NCBI GenBank assembly: GCA_039030515.1
Contig: JBCCEA010000030.1
Span: 1-47,268 of the forward strand
DNA from: Myxococcota bacterium
GTDB taxonomy: Bacteria; Myxococcota_A; Polyangia; Polyangiales; Houyiibacteriaceae
Direction of reading: 5' to 3'
Length of the DNA stretch: 47,268 bases
Under the pieces are notes generated by a model. That model ran no database searches. It saw nothing but the letters and a program-made list of their open reading frames with translations, and was not told where the DNA came from. Of this stretch, positions 1 through 9,282 are shown piece by piece (the first letter of the stretch is position 1; the number at the start of each line of letters is the position of its first letter). Both the position numbers and the translations under genes were made by a program.

Positions 1-232
1 GACATACTCCTTCGCCCCTGCGCGTGCGGGGCGCTGGCCGTTCAAACCCATGGAGACGCGCTCCAGCGGGCCTATGTCGGCCTGAACGGCCGCTTCCTCC
101 GATGCTCGGAGCTCGAAGTATCAGACATACTCCTTCACGTCTGCGCTTCGTGCGCGCCGGCTGTTTGAACCAACCTAGGCCCGCTGTGGTGGTCGCTCGG
201 CCTGAACGGCCGCTTTCCTCTCATGCTCGGAG
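1..232. repeat. Two degenerate ~120-bp palindromic (REP/BIME-like) repeat units, probably continuing left of the window
   Basis: gacatactccttc at 1-13 and 124-136. tcggcctgaacggccgctt...atgctcggag at 77-111 and 197-232. Internal inverted repeats ggccgttca (37-45)/tgaacggcc (83-91) and ctccga-tgc-tcggag (97-111). Confidence 0.75.
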
Positions 233-343
233 TTTTCGCGGCGTGTGTGTTCACGACCTCTCCTGATCTAGTATGTAAGCGTGCAGTAACTGCACCATAT
301 CTTGGGGATCGACAAATCACCCAAAGAGTGATCAAACATTGGG

Positions 344-2707
344 GTGACTGCGCCGTCTTTTTCGTCCCACCTCGGTTCCTCTTCATATCGAACACCACCG
401 AATACCTGGCTCGACTTCAATGCGACCATCGTCCCTCAGATTTATCTATTCCTAGACCGAGTGGTGATCGATCGAGGCGACGGGATAAGCACGCGACTGG
501 ATGAAGCAGAGGTGCCTCTGGTGGCACTTTCGTTCCGGTATCCAACCGGTGTCGTTCGGGCATCGGATCCTGCGGAGAGGTTTTTTTTCGCAAAAGACGG
601 CGTGTTTCTCGCCACCAATCGAGACTTCGACGCAGAAGCACGAGCTCGTTATCTGCTTGAACGCTTTGGTGCAGTTGATCTGCAGTGCGTCGAGCACTAC
701 GCAATCCCGCCCAATACCGATGCAGATTATCTCCTTCGCATCGACGGCAATGCGCACTCACACTGTGCATTTTTCAAAAGCGCACTGCCCGAACTTCAAA
801 AACTCGGATTCGCAGTGGAGGTCGATCCTGACTACCCCTATCAGGTGTTCAAGGGTGATCCGCCTTGGTACGCCGTACTGGGCACGAAAGACGAAAAGCC
901 GGATTGGTTTGGTTTGGAACTTGGGGTTGAGGTCGAGGGCAGTCGAGTCAGCCTTTTGCCCGCGCTACTTTCGATTCTCGATAGAGATGAAGGAACCGGT
1001 TCGCTACCCGACCTCGTCGATGATCCAGCTCGATCTTACGCTTTGCGTGCCAACGAAACCCACCATGTGATGGTTTCGGGCGAACGGATGCGGGCAATGC
1101 TCCGGGTAGTAGTAGAGCTGTACAAGGATCAGTCGGGTAGGGCACTGGGGGGTTGCGACGCGCGCAGTGCAGCAACCGTGTCACGTATGGTCGACGTCTT
1201 TGAGGCCGAGGGGCAGAGTCTCGATCTTGAGGACCCTAAGGGGTGGAGGAAACGCGGGGGAGCGCTCATGGCTCGGCCTGGCGAAACCTGTCCTCCGAAC
1301 GGCCTTAGAGCCACCTTAAGGCCCTACCAGCAGGACGGACTCGCGTGGCTTCAACATTTGCGGGAATGTGGCGTCGGTGGTGTGCTGGCAGACGACATGG
1401 GACTTGGGAAAACGCTACAAACGATCGCCCACCTAGCCAAGGAATCGGATCGAGTCCAGTGTCCGTCGCTTGTGGTAGCTCCCACCAGCCTAGTCGAGAA
1501 TTGGCAACGAGAGTTTCAGAAGTTTGCGCCACACAAGCATGTTCTTCTGCTTCACGGAGTGCGACGACACGACTACTGGGAAGATGTTCCGGCGGCGGAT
1601 GTGGTGGTTACATCCTATCCACTGGTCGTTCGCGACCAGGAACGGCTTGCTGAATATCCATTTCATATTCTGGTTCTCGATGAAGCCCATGCGATCAAGA
1701 ACGCCCGCAGCCAGGTGCATCAAGCCGTACGCACGATCGACGCGAAACATCGGATATGTCTTACCGGAACGCCAGTAGAGAATCACTTAGGTGAGCTCTG
1801 GTCTCTATTCGATTTCTTGAACAAAGGCCTGCTCGGCGATGAGCATCAGTTCTCGCGTTGGTATCGAAAGCCCATTGAGCGCGACGGAGATGCAGAGCGA
1901 CTCGACGGACTGCAGCAATTGGTCCAGCCCTACATTCTCAGGCGGGTGAAGAAAGATGTAGCCAAAGAACTTCCCCCGAAGACCGTGCTGGCGGTACCGC
2001 TTGAGCTACAGGGCAAACAGCGTGACCTCTACGAGCATATTCGGGTTGCGGCTCACGCTCAGGTTCGACAGGTCATCAAAAAGAAAGGTGTTCGGGGAAG
2101 CACGATTCCCATTCTCGATGCCTTGATGAAGCTTCGGCAGGTTTGTTGCGATCCGCGTTTGGTTCCGATGCAAGCGGCGCGTTTTGTTCGAGAGTCGACC
2201 AAGTACGCTTACCTGATGCAATTTCTCAATGCTCAGCTTGAACAGGGACATCGCATTCTGGTGTTTTCTCAGTTCACCCAGATGCTGAGCCTGATTTCCG
2301 ATGGACTCCAGCGGGCGAGCGTAAACCACTTATTGCTTACCGGCGGAAGTCGAAACCGACAGTCGCTAGTGGACGCTTTCGAGCGAGGAGATTCGGATGT
2401 ATTCCTTATCAGCCTAAAAGCTGGCGGTACTGGATTGAACCTAACAAGTGCAGATACTGTCATTCATTACGACCACTGGTGGAATCCCCAAGCGCAAGCG
2501 CAGGCCTCCGATCGAGCCTACCGAATCGGGCAAAAAAAACCTGTCTTTGTCTACAACCTCTATGCCGCGGGCAGTGTTGAGGAGCGGATGCTGCAGCTGC
2601 AGCGTCGAAAACAATACCTAGCAGACTCGATACTGGGAACTGGTTCTGCCGGGCCCTCATTTGACGCCGAGGAGCTGGATGCGCTTTTTGCCCCTCTCCC
2701 GGGCTGA
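344..2707 (+). CDS. SNF2-family (DEAH-box) helicase/ATPase
   Basis: LRPYQ, LADDMGLGKT (Walker A), LDEAH, LTGTPVEN, SLKAGGTGLNL, QASDRAYRIGQ motifs. GTG start uncertain. Confidence 0.95.
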   Translation: MTAPSFSSHLGSSSYRTPPNTWLDFNATIVPQIYLFLDRVVIDRGDGISTRLDEAEVPLVALSFRYPTGVVRASDPAERFFFAKDGVFLATNRDFDAEARARYLLERFGAVDLQCVEHYAIPPNTDADYLLRIDGNAHSHCAFFKSALPELQKLGFAVEVDPDYPYQVFKGDPPWYAVLGTKDEKPDWFGLELGVEVEGSRVSLLPALLSILDRDEGTGSLPDLVDDPARSYALRANETHHVMVSGERMRAMLRVVVELYKDQSGRALGGCDARSAATVSRMVDVFEAEGQSLDLEDPKGWRKRGGALMARPGETCPPNGLRATLRPYQQDGLAWLQHLRECGVGGVLADDMGLGKTLQTIAHLAKESDRVQCPSLVVAPTSLVENWQREFQKFAPHKHVLLLHGVRRHDYWEDVPAADVVVTSYPLVVRDQERLAEYPFHILVLDEAHAIKNARSQVHQAVRTIDAKHRICLTGTPVENHLGELWSLFDFLNKGLLGDEHQFSRWYRKPIERDGDAERLDGLQQLVQPYILRRVKKDVAKELPPKTVLAVPLELQGKQRDLYEHIRVAAHAQVRQVIKKKGVRGSTIPILDALMKLRQVCCDPRLVPMQAARFVRESTKYAYLMQFLNAQLEQGHRILVFSQFTQMLSLISDGLQRASVNHLLLTGGSRNRQSLVDAFERGDSDVFLISLKAGGTGLNLTSADTVIHYDHWWNPQAQAQASDRAYRIGQKKPVFVYNLYAAGSVEERMLQLQRRKQYLADSILGTGSAGPSFDAEELDALFAPLPG

Positions 2708-2807
2708 GTTCCCCTCCAATGAGTTCCAATCAGCCTAAAACTTCGAAGTTATTTAAAAATGACTGTTCGAAGACCCCAGCTGCTGGACGATATTTTATAA
2801 TCCTCCG

Positions 2808-4514
2808 ATGCGCCTCGTTTTGCGTTTGTTCTTCACAGCCCTGCTCTACTCCACGTTGCCGCTTGAACCGTTGCAAGCACAGGCTCAGGCTAGTCTTTTG
2901 CGCAGCTTTGGCGGACCCAGCGGTTTCGGGACTCGATGCTTTCAGAGAAATGATGATGGTTCCTCTCGAGCGCTAGATCTCACTCCTTACTTCCCGTCAG
3001 GACTTAGATTTTTCGATCAAACCCATACTGAACTCTTCCTCAATACAAACGGCAACGTGACGTTCGCCGCTCCGCTTTTCGTGTGGACGCCGGCCCCTTT
3101 TCCCATAGCGGAACAGCCGATGATCGCTCCGTACTGGGGCGATGTCGACATTCGAGGTAGCTCTTGTGGTGGTTCTTACAACTGCGGTGGAGGTGCTTGT
3201 GACCAAGACTGCAGCGGCGTCTCCGGAGACAATCAGGTTTGGTACGCTTTTGTGGAAGCGACGGAGAGCGACCCCGCGCGTATGGTCGCGACCTGGGATC
3301 GAGTGGGATACTACGCCTGTTCAGACGACTTGCGTATGAGCTTTCAACTCATCCTATCGGACGCCTCGACTTCCAGCTGTGGTACCGCAGGCGACTTTGA
3401 CGTTGAGTTTCGTTTTGAAGAATGCGGCTGGGAGACAGGGGATGAGAGCAGCGGGTCAGGTGGTTTTGGCGGCGTGCCAGCTCAGTCCGGATTTGATGCA
3501 GGAGATCGCACCAACTACGTCGCTTTGCCGGGATCGCGCATGAACGGCATCTCGAATCGAATGTGTGCTGAGTCTAATGTCGGCTCCCCTGGGGTTTGGC
3601 GCTTTCAGATAAGGAGCGGGGTTGTTTCTTGTCCTGATGCTGGACAGACGTGTTCTACCGGTCTGGAAGGCACCTGTGGGGTAGGTCGCACCGCTTGTGT
3701 TGGAGACGATCTGGAGTGCATTCAGAGTGTAGATGTGTCTGCTGAAACCTGCGACAGACTGGACAATGACTGTGACGGATTCATCGATGAAGGTAGTGAA
3801 CTGTGTGGATCGCGTAGCCAGTGCGTAGATGGGTTATGCGTGGGCGTTTGCTTTGAGGGTGCGTGTCCTGCCGGCCAGATCTGCGGAGAGGACAATCGTT
3901 GTGTGGCTCAGGGGTGCGAAAATCACTCTTGCGGTGCGGGAGAGATTTGTCGCGATGGAGTGTGCTTGGAGGTTTGCGAAGCGGTGAGGTGTCCTCTCGG
4001 CTTGACCTGTCTCGAGGGACGCTGCGTAGATTTATGCCGCAACACAACTTGTGATGCATCTTGCTCGGTGTGTGAAGGCGGAGCCTGCATTCCACTCTGT
4101 CAGCCAGGTTCCTGTGAGGCGGGAAAGGTCTGTGGTGAACAAGGACGATGCATCGAAGAAGATTGCCTCGGTGTGTCTTGTGCCGCAGGTTTTGTGTGCC
4201 ACGACGGCGGCTGCGTCGATCCTTGTTTTGATGCCGTTTGTCCTGACGGGCAGACCTGCAGGTCAGGCAATTGTGTTGCCCGAGTGCTCTCGGCAAAGAG
4301 CGTAGATGCCGGTTTGTCTGCTCCTGACGGCGCGGGGGTGATCGACTTCGGTACACCATCGCCTCCCCCCGACTCTGGTGCAGCCTCCAACGATGGTTGT
4401 GGTTGTCGTGCGACAAGCGCTTCCGGTGTTTCAACCGATACCTTGCTTGCCTGCTTAGTTTTCGCGTTCCTATACTTACGCCGTCGCCGTAAAAATTGCT
4501 GCATTAGTCGATGA
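2808..4514 (+). CDS. Surface protein with nidogen-like (NIDO) domain, Cys-rich repeats and C-terminal MYXO-CTERM sorting signal
   Basis: N-terminal signal peptide, NTNGNVTF and IAPYWGDVD NIDO motifs, CDxLDNDCDG and many Cys-rich repeats. C-terminus GCGC + hydrophobic helix + RRRRK. Confidence 0.88.
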   Translation: MRLVLRLFFTALLYSTLPLEPLQAQAQASLLRSFGGPSGFGTRCFQRNDDGSSRALDLTPYFPSGLRFFDQTHTELFLNTNGNVTFAAPLFVWTPAPFPIAEQPMIAPYWGDVDIRGSSCGGSYNCGGGACDQDCSGVSGDNQVWYAFVEATESDPARMVATWDRVGYYACSDDLRMSFQLILSDASTSSCGTAGDFDVEFRFEECGWETGDESSGSGGFGGVPAQSGFDAGDRTNYVALPGSRMNGISNRMCAESNVGSPGVWRFQIRSGVVSCPDAGQTCSTGLEGTCGVGRTACVGDDLECIQSVDVSAETCDRLDNDCDGFIDEGSELCGSRSQCVDGLCVGVCFEGACPAGQICGEDNRCVAQGCENHSCGAGEICRDGVCLEVCEAVRCPLGLTCLEGRCVDLCRNTTCDASCSVCEGGACIPLCQPGSCEAGKVCGEQGRCIEEDCLGVSCAAGFVCHDGGCVDPCFDAVCPDGQTCRSGNCVARVLSAKSVDAGLSAPDGAGVIDFGTPSPPPDSGAASNDGCGCRATSASGVSTDTLLACLVFAFLYLRRRRKNCCISR

Positions 4515-4535
4515 ACCGTTTGTGTTCCCCTCGGC

Positions 4536-5927
4536 CTAACCCCGTCGACCGCTATCCGAAGCGCGCGCTGCAGGACCCGAGCGTTGGAACGGATAAAAAC
4601 TGCTTCCAAGATGCAGTATTTTAGTGAGCGCATCGAGTGCGGTACGCGATTCCTGGAGCAGTTTTGGATCTCGGAGTTCCGAAGGATGTAGTCGGTCTCG
4701 GTAGTGACGTTCTACCCAAGTGACGAGTGCGTCGAGGAGCGCATCGTCTGCGATGAAGTTGGGGTTGACGCATTTGAGTTCGTCAGGACTCAGCTCCACT
4801 CGAAGTCTGAGGCATGCTGGCCCACCGCCGTTGTTCATACTCTGACGGACATCGATGAAGTGCACAGCGGCTATCGGTAGATGTTCTGTATCTTGTATAC
4901 GTCTGAGGGCTCTGAACGCATTTGGGTTTCCCTCGGCTTCAGCCGGCGCTATCAGTTCGAGCATGCCATCCGATCGAGGACTCACTAGCTGCGAATTAAA
5001 CAAGTAGCTCTTAACCGCGTCTTCTAATGAAAGTTCTTGTTCCCTAATCCGTATCTCGCAGAAAGACGGGCCAAGCACTGCGCGCAGTCTCTGAAGCGTC
5101 TCATCTTCATGTAGGAATGCTCGCTCGTGATAGAGCAGTACATTGTGGTGTCCTACTGAAATTACGTCGTTGTGAAAAACGCCGGCATCGATGGCCTTTG
5201 GGCTTTGCTGAGCGTAGACCGATGTGGCCTGCAGCATGTGGCGTCTGGAGATCGCCCGACTTGCCTCTAGGGTCTGTCGCGCGGGGAACCGTGCGGGACG
5301 CACTCCTTTGCCGTCAAGGCCGATTCTCCCATGGACAAAAAGGTGTGCCGTGCCCTCGCGCGTGCAGAGTCGGGTGTGATTCGCGGCTCCTTCATCTGCG
5401 AAGGAAGAAGTCGCAGGTAGTGGTCGATGTACCGAGTAGCGATCTTTGTCGAAGAATATTGCGCTGAGGGCGTCAAATGTGGCGTCGGCCTCAATCGATC
5501 GATGAAGGGACGAGACCATATTGGCCGGAGTGAAATGCACTTTGCCATCAAGGGTATCCGCACTCGGCGAAACGGTGGCAGCATTTGCCGCCCACATAGC
5601 AGAGCTCGAGTAGCTTGCCGCGAGCACCAGCGGAGCATCCTTGTAAGCGCGCTCTACGATTGCGTGGTCACTGCCGCAAAAGCCGAGCTGCCTTAATAGC
5701 TCGACGTGGGGCCGCTCTTGAGGGGGAAGGATTCCCTGTGTCAGTCCCAGAGAACGAAGGAAACGCATTTTCTCAATGCCCTGCAGTGCAGCGGCTCTTG
5801 GGTTCGATATCTGGTTGCCGTGCAGCGCCGAGGCGAGGTTCCCATGGGCCAAACCAGCGTAGTTATGGCTCGGTCCGACAAGCCCGTCGAAGTTGACTTC
5901 AGTGGTGATGGCTTCTTTGGGAATCAC
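4536..5927 (-). CDS. astB: N-succinylarginine dihydrolase
   Basis: EVNFDGLVGPSHNYAGLAHGN, DEGAANH, GVFHNDVI, SMNNGGGPACLRLRV motifs. Confidence 0.96.
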   Translation of the reverse strand: MIPKEAITTEVNFDGLVGPSHNYAGLAHGNLASALHGNQISNPRAAALQGIEKMRFLRSLGLTQGILPPQERPHVELLRQLGFCGSDHAIVERAYKDAPLVLAASYSSSAMWAANAATVSPSADTLDGKVHFTPANMVSSLHRSIEADATFDALSAIFFDKDRYSVHRPLPATSSFADEGAANHTRLCTREGTAHLFVHGRIGLDGKGVRPARFPARQTLEASRAISRRHMLQATSVYAQQSPKAIDAGVFHNDVISVGHHNVLLYHERAFLHEDETLQRLRAVLGPSFCEIRIREQELSLEDAVKSYLFNSQLVSPRSDGMLELIAPAEAEGNPNAFRALRRIQDTEHLPIAAVHFIDVRQSMNNGGGPACLRLRVELSPDELKCVNPNFIADDALLDALVTWVERHYRDRLHPSELRDPKLLQESRTALDALTKILHLGSSFYPFQRSGPAARASDSGRRG

Positions 5928-5994
5928 TAGATCGCCGTAGCAGGCTCTAGTGAAGATTCAACGCGCCTGGAGCACCTCGGCTTTGCAGCGGACT

Positions 5995-7149
5995 TTACCG
6001 GTTGACTTGATGTCGATACATGAAGAGTCCGGTCAAGATCTTGGGAGCGAAGTACGTGCTCTTCTGAGGCATCACGATTTCTGAGTCGGTGAGTCCTGCA
6101 TCGGCAACGGCGAAGAGTTCGTCTCGGCCGACTGGGTGCAGCGCGATCGCCACATCGAAATCTCCTCGATCGACAACCCGCACCATCTGTTCAAGATTTG
6201 ACTCCGGATAGTAGTCAAAATAGCCAGCATCTCGGATCTTTTCCGAGGTGATCCCTAACTTTGGATACAGCTCTCGTTCGAGAATTGCGCAGTCCAGTCT
6301 ACCGACCACATCCGAAGGAATCACCTCGGCTGCGAGCGTAAAACAACCCTCCCGCGTATAGAGACAGAATTGATGTTTCTCCGGTGTGCGGAACTGCTCT
6401 GTAGGGATGAGACGCAAAGAGTCGCGCACATCTTCGAACGGACGGTCGCATCGCACGACTCGATTGTATGCCTGAATTTCGGCGTGTTCTGTGATGTAGG
6501 CGAGGAAATGGGTTTGGTTGTTGCGCAGAGAGGCGTGATATCGATGGTGGCCGTCTGCGATGTAGAATGCCTCTGGCTCTAGGGCTTTTATCAGAGCGTT
6601 GCCTAACTCACTTGCTTCTGGGATTCGAACTATTCGGTTTTCAACTTCGTGGAGTTCACTCTCGTTCTGGAAGTCGCTTTCAAAAGCCCAAACCGCATCT
6701 TTTGAGATCGCTTCCTCCAGGATACGCGATATATTTGCTCTCGTAAGGCAAAAAACAGGGCCGAAGCTATGTCCGGTCGCCTCCCGAAGCTTGAGGCGGC
6801 CCGTTACTTTGTGGTCGAACGTCTTTTCGTGTCTGAGGACCTTACCGTCTTCGTAGGGATGTACGCCGGCAGCTGCCAATACACCGATTCGGGTTCCGAA
6901 CGCGGATCGCTGTTGGTACGCGTAGAATGCGGGTTCATCGTCACGCTCTACGATGCCCCGCCTGTGCAGGTCGTTCAGGCTATCTTTAGGATGATCCCCG
7001 AGGATCACATGAACGATAGAATCCGGCTCGGACTTCAGAATTCTCTCAAGAGGGGTTCCGGGCTTGATGACGTCGTAAGGAGGGCTCGTGAATCGACCCA
7101 CAGATTCAGGGGTTGGTCGAAGTCCGATGAGTCCCTTAGTGCTAACCAT
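5995..7149 (-). CDS. DUF1015 family protein
   Basis: SPPYDVI, HEKT, YIADGHHRY, MPQKSTYFAPK motifs. GGAGGA Shine-Dalgarno upstream. Confidence 0.88.
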   Translation of the reverse strand: MVSTKGLIGLRPTPESVGRFTSPPYDVIKPGTPLERILKSEPDSIVHVILGDHPKDSLNDLHRRGIVERDDEPAFYAYQQRSAFGTRIGVLAAAGVHPYEDGKVLRHEKTFDHKVTGRLKLREATGHSFGPVFCLTRANISRILEEAISKDAVWAFESDFQNESELHEVENRIVRIPEASELGNALIKALEPEAFYIADGHHRYHASLRNNQTHFLAYITEHAEIQAYNRVVRCDRPFEDVRDSLRLIPTEQFRTPEKHQFCLYTREGCFTLAAEVIPSDVVGRLDCAILERELYPKLGITSEKIRDAGYFDYYPESNLEQMVRVVDRGDFDVAIALHPVGRDELFAVADAGLTDSEIVMPQKSTYFAPKILTGLFMYRHQVNR

Positions 7150-7551
7150 TCGTTCCTCCGCGGCAAACTTCGGCCTAGCGTGAACCTATGGTCACCTCGA
7201 TTCAACATGACCTATCCAAATATGGACGGTCTGGATGTCGTTCCGCCAAATGCCGACATTCTGGCTTTACTCTTGTGCGAGGCTCGGCTGTGAGGTCTCG
7301 TCGCGCGATCTAAGGCCCAGGCAGAGAGAAGTGCAAATGCCAGTCCTACGGGTACTCCAGCGACCTGCATCATCGCTGCCGGAACTACTCGCTGGATGGA
7401 CGTACGCTGTTTGCGTTTCATGCTTCTTCCGCCTTCCATGGATGTCCCACCATGCCTAAGCCACTCAGAAAAGAAAAGCTGATATGTGAGCAATCCCTTG
7501 GACTTTTTGGTTTCTCCTGATGGTTGTCATTCTTCAACAGGAGCGCTGGAA

Positions 7552-7591
7552 TCAAATGCGGTCCTCAATTGTCAAATGCGATGCTCAGTTG
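7552..7591. promoter_or_regulatory. Tandem 20-bp direct repeat, candidate transcription-factor binding site
   Basis: tcaaatgcggtcctcaattg / tcaaatgcgatgctcagttg (17/20 identical) in the divergent intergenic region, ~150 bp upstream of the REC-kinase gene. Confidence 0.4.
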
Positions 7592-7743
7592 GATGTAGGA
7601 GATTCGTGATTCCGATCGGTCTCCAATGTACCAAGATGGAATGACGCGTAAAATCTGCGCCACAGTATTGAAATTGCTTCGTTTCTGGTCGCCATCGCTG
7701 TGGAAGAACAATTTTGAGCATTTCGCTGATATGCTAGCCATAC

Positions 7744-9231
7744 ATGCCGGCGTCGGAAACTAGGTCGGATACGAGTCGGTCCAGTGGGGAGCGTCCGACG
7801 GTGATGGTCGTCGACGACAGCCGGTCACTTCGTGCTGCCTTTGGCGACTGGCTTCGTGAATCGGGATTCGATGTTCTCGAAGCATCCGATGCGGAAGAGG
7901 CGCTGCAGCTGATCGAGGAGTCCGGTCCCCCCGACTTGATCGTCCTCGATGTGGTGATGCCGGGGATGGCCGGAATCGACCTTCTGCTCGAGATCCGCAC
8001 GAAATACTCCAAGGTGGAGCTGCCCATATTGATGGCGACGTCGCGGTCGGAGAGTTCGGATATCATCACCGCCCTGCAGAGGGGCGCCAACGACTACATC
8101 ACCAAGCCTCTCGACATGCCGGTGGCGTTGGCGCGGATAGAGAGTCACCTCGCCACCCGTCAGCAGGCCGCCTCCATGCGACCTGGATCGAAGTTGCCGC
8201 CAACCTCGCCACAACCTGGAGTGGTTCTCGACGATCGATATGAGCTTCTCTCGGTCGTCGGAGCTGGAGGTTTCGCGGTCGTCTACAAAGCCCGCCAAGT
8301 CTCTACCGGCCAGACCGTTGCGGTGAAGATCTTACGGGCCGATCGCTTGTTGCGTCGTGAATCTGCCGATGCGGAAATCGAGAGGTTTCAGAGGGAGATG
8401 AAGCTGATCGCGCAGCTCTCTCATCCGCATATTGTCCGACTTGTCGATTCGGGGAGCGTTCGGATTCGCGATCACAGCCCTGCGCCCGATAGAGTGGATT
8501 CGGATACGGTATCGGCGTCTCCATCGTCGTCTGGCTCTGCGTCCCAAGAAGAGTTGGAGATCCAGCAAAACCTGGAGCTTCCTTTTCTAGTCACGGAGTT
8601 TCTTGATGGTGAGTCTTTGGCGACTTGGCTCCTACGAGAGGGATCGTGTGAGATTCAAAGAGCGGTCGATTTGATGTTGCCTATTCTGAGTGCGGTGCAC
8701 GAGGCCCACGGACTCGGCGTGATCCATCGAGATCTTAAACCGCAGAATGTCTTTCTCGTACGTAGTCATGACGGCAAGACGCATCCCAAGGTTCTTGACT
8801 TCGGTGTGGCCAAACTTTCAGGAGAAGACGGGGCAACCCTGACCGATTTTTCATCCATGGTAGGTACGCCAAAATATCTTTCACCGGAACAGGCCCGAGG
8901 CCTTCCAGAGATCGATCCCCGCTCCGACCAGTACGCTCTGGGCACCATGCTCTACCGAATCTTGACCGGAGATCACCCCTATCGGTCCCAATCCGCTTTG
9001 GGCTACATCCACCTCATCGCCAAGGGGGACGTAGAGTCTCCACGTCAGCGTTGTCCTGAAATCCCCGAGCAGGTCGAGCAGGTGATCCTCCGAGCGATGT
9101 CTTCTGATCCGGAAGATCGCTTTCCGAATCTGCATGCCTTTGGTCGTGCGCTTCTCGGGTTCGGCACTGCATCGGCGCGGGTTCGTTGGGCTAGGGCGTT
9201 TGGTTTTCCCTCCGACATTCCTCCCGCTTGA
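7744..9231 (+). CDS. Response-regulator receiver domain fused to Hanks-type Ser/Thr protein kinase
   Basis: REC (VVDDS, LDVVMPG, KP) followed by GAGGFAVVY, VAVK, HRDLKPQN, DFG, GTPKYLSPE. No transmembrane segment seen. Confidence 0.92.
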   Translation: MPASETRSDTSRSSGERPTVMVVDDSRSLRAAFGDWLRESGFDVLEASDAEEALQLIEESGPPDLIVLDVVMPGMAGIDLLLEIRTKYSKVELPILMATSRSESSDIITALQRGANDYITKPLDMPVALARIESHLATRQQAASMRPGSKLPPTSPQPGVVLDDRYELLSVVGAGGFAVVYKARQVSTGQTVAVKILRADRLLRRESADAEIERFQREMKLIAQLSHPHIVRLVDSGSVRIRDHSPAPDRVDSDTVSASPSSSGSASQEELEIQQNLELPFLVTEFLDGESLATWLLREGSCEIQRAVDLMLPILSAVHEAHGLGVIHRDLKPQNVFLVRSHDGKTHPKVLDFGVAKLSGEDGATLTDFSSMVGTPKYLSPEQARGLPEIDPRSDQYALGTMLYRILTGDHPYRSQSALGYIHLIAKGDVESPRQRCPEIPEQVEQVILRAMSSDPEDRFPNLHAFGRALLGFGTASARVRWARAFGFPSDIPPA

Positions 9232-9282
9232 TCACCGCCAGAGCTTGGACTTCCATCACTAGATCTGTCCGAACAACACATC

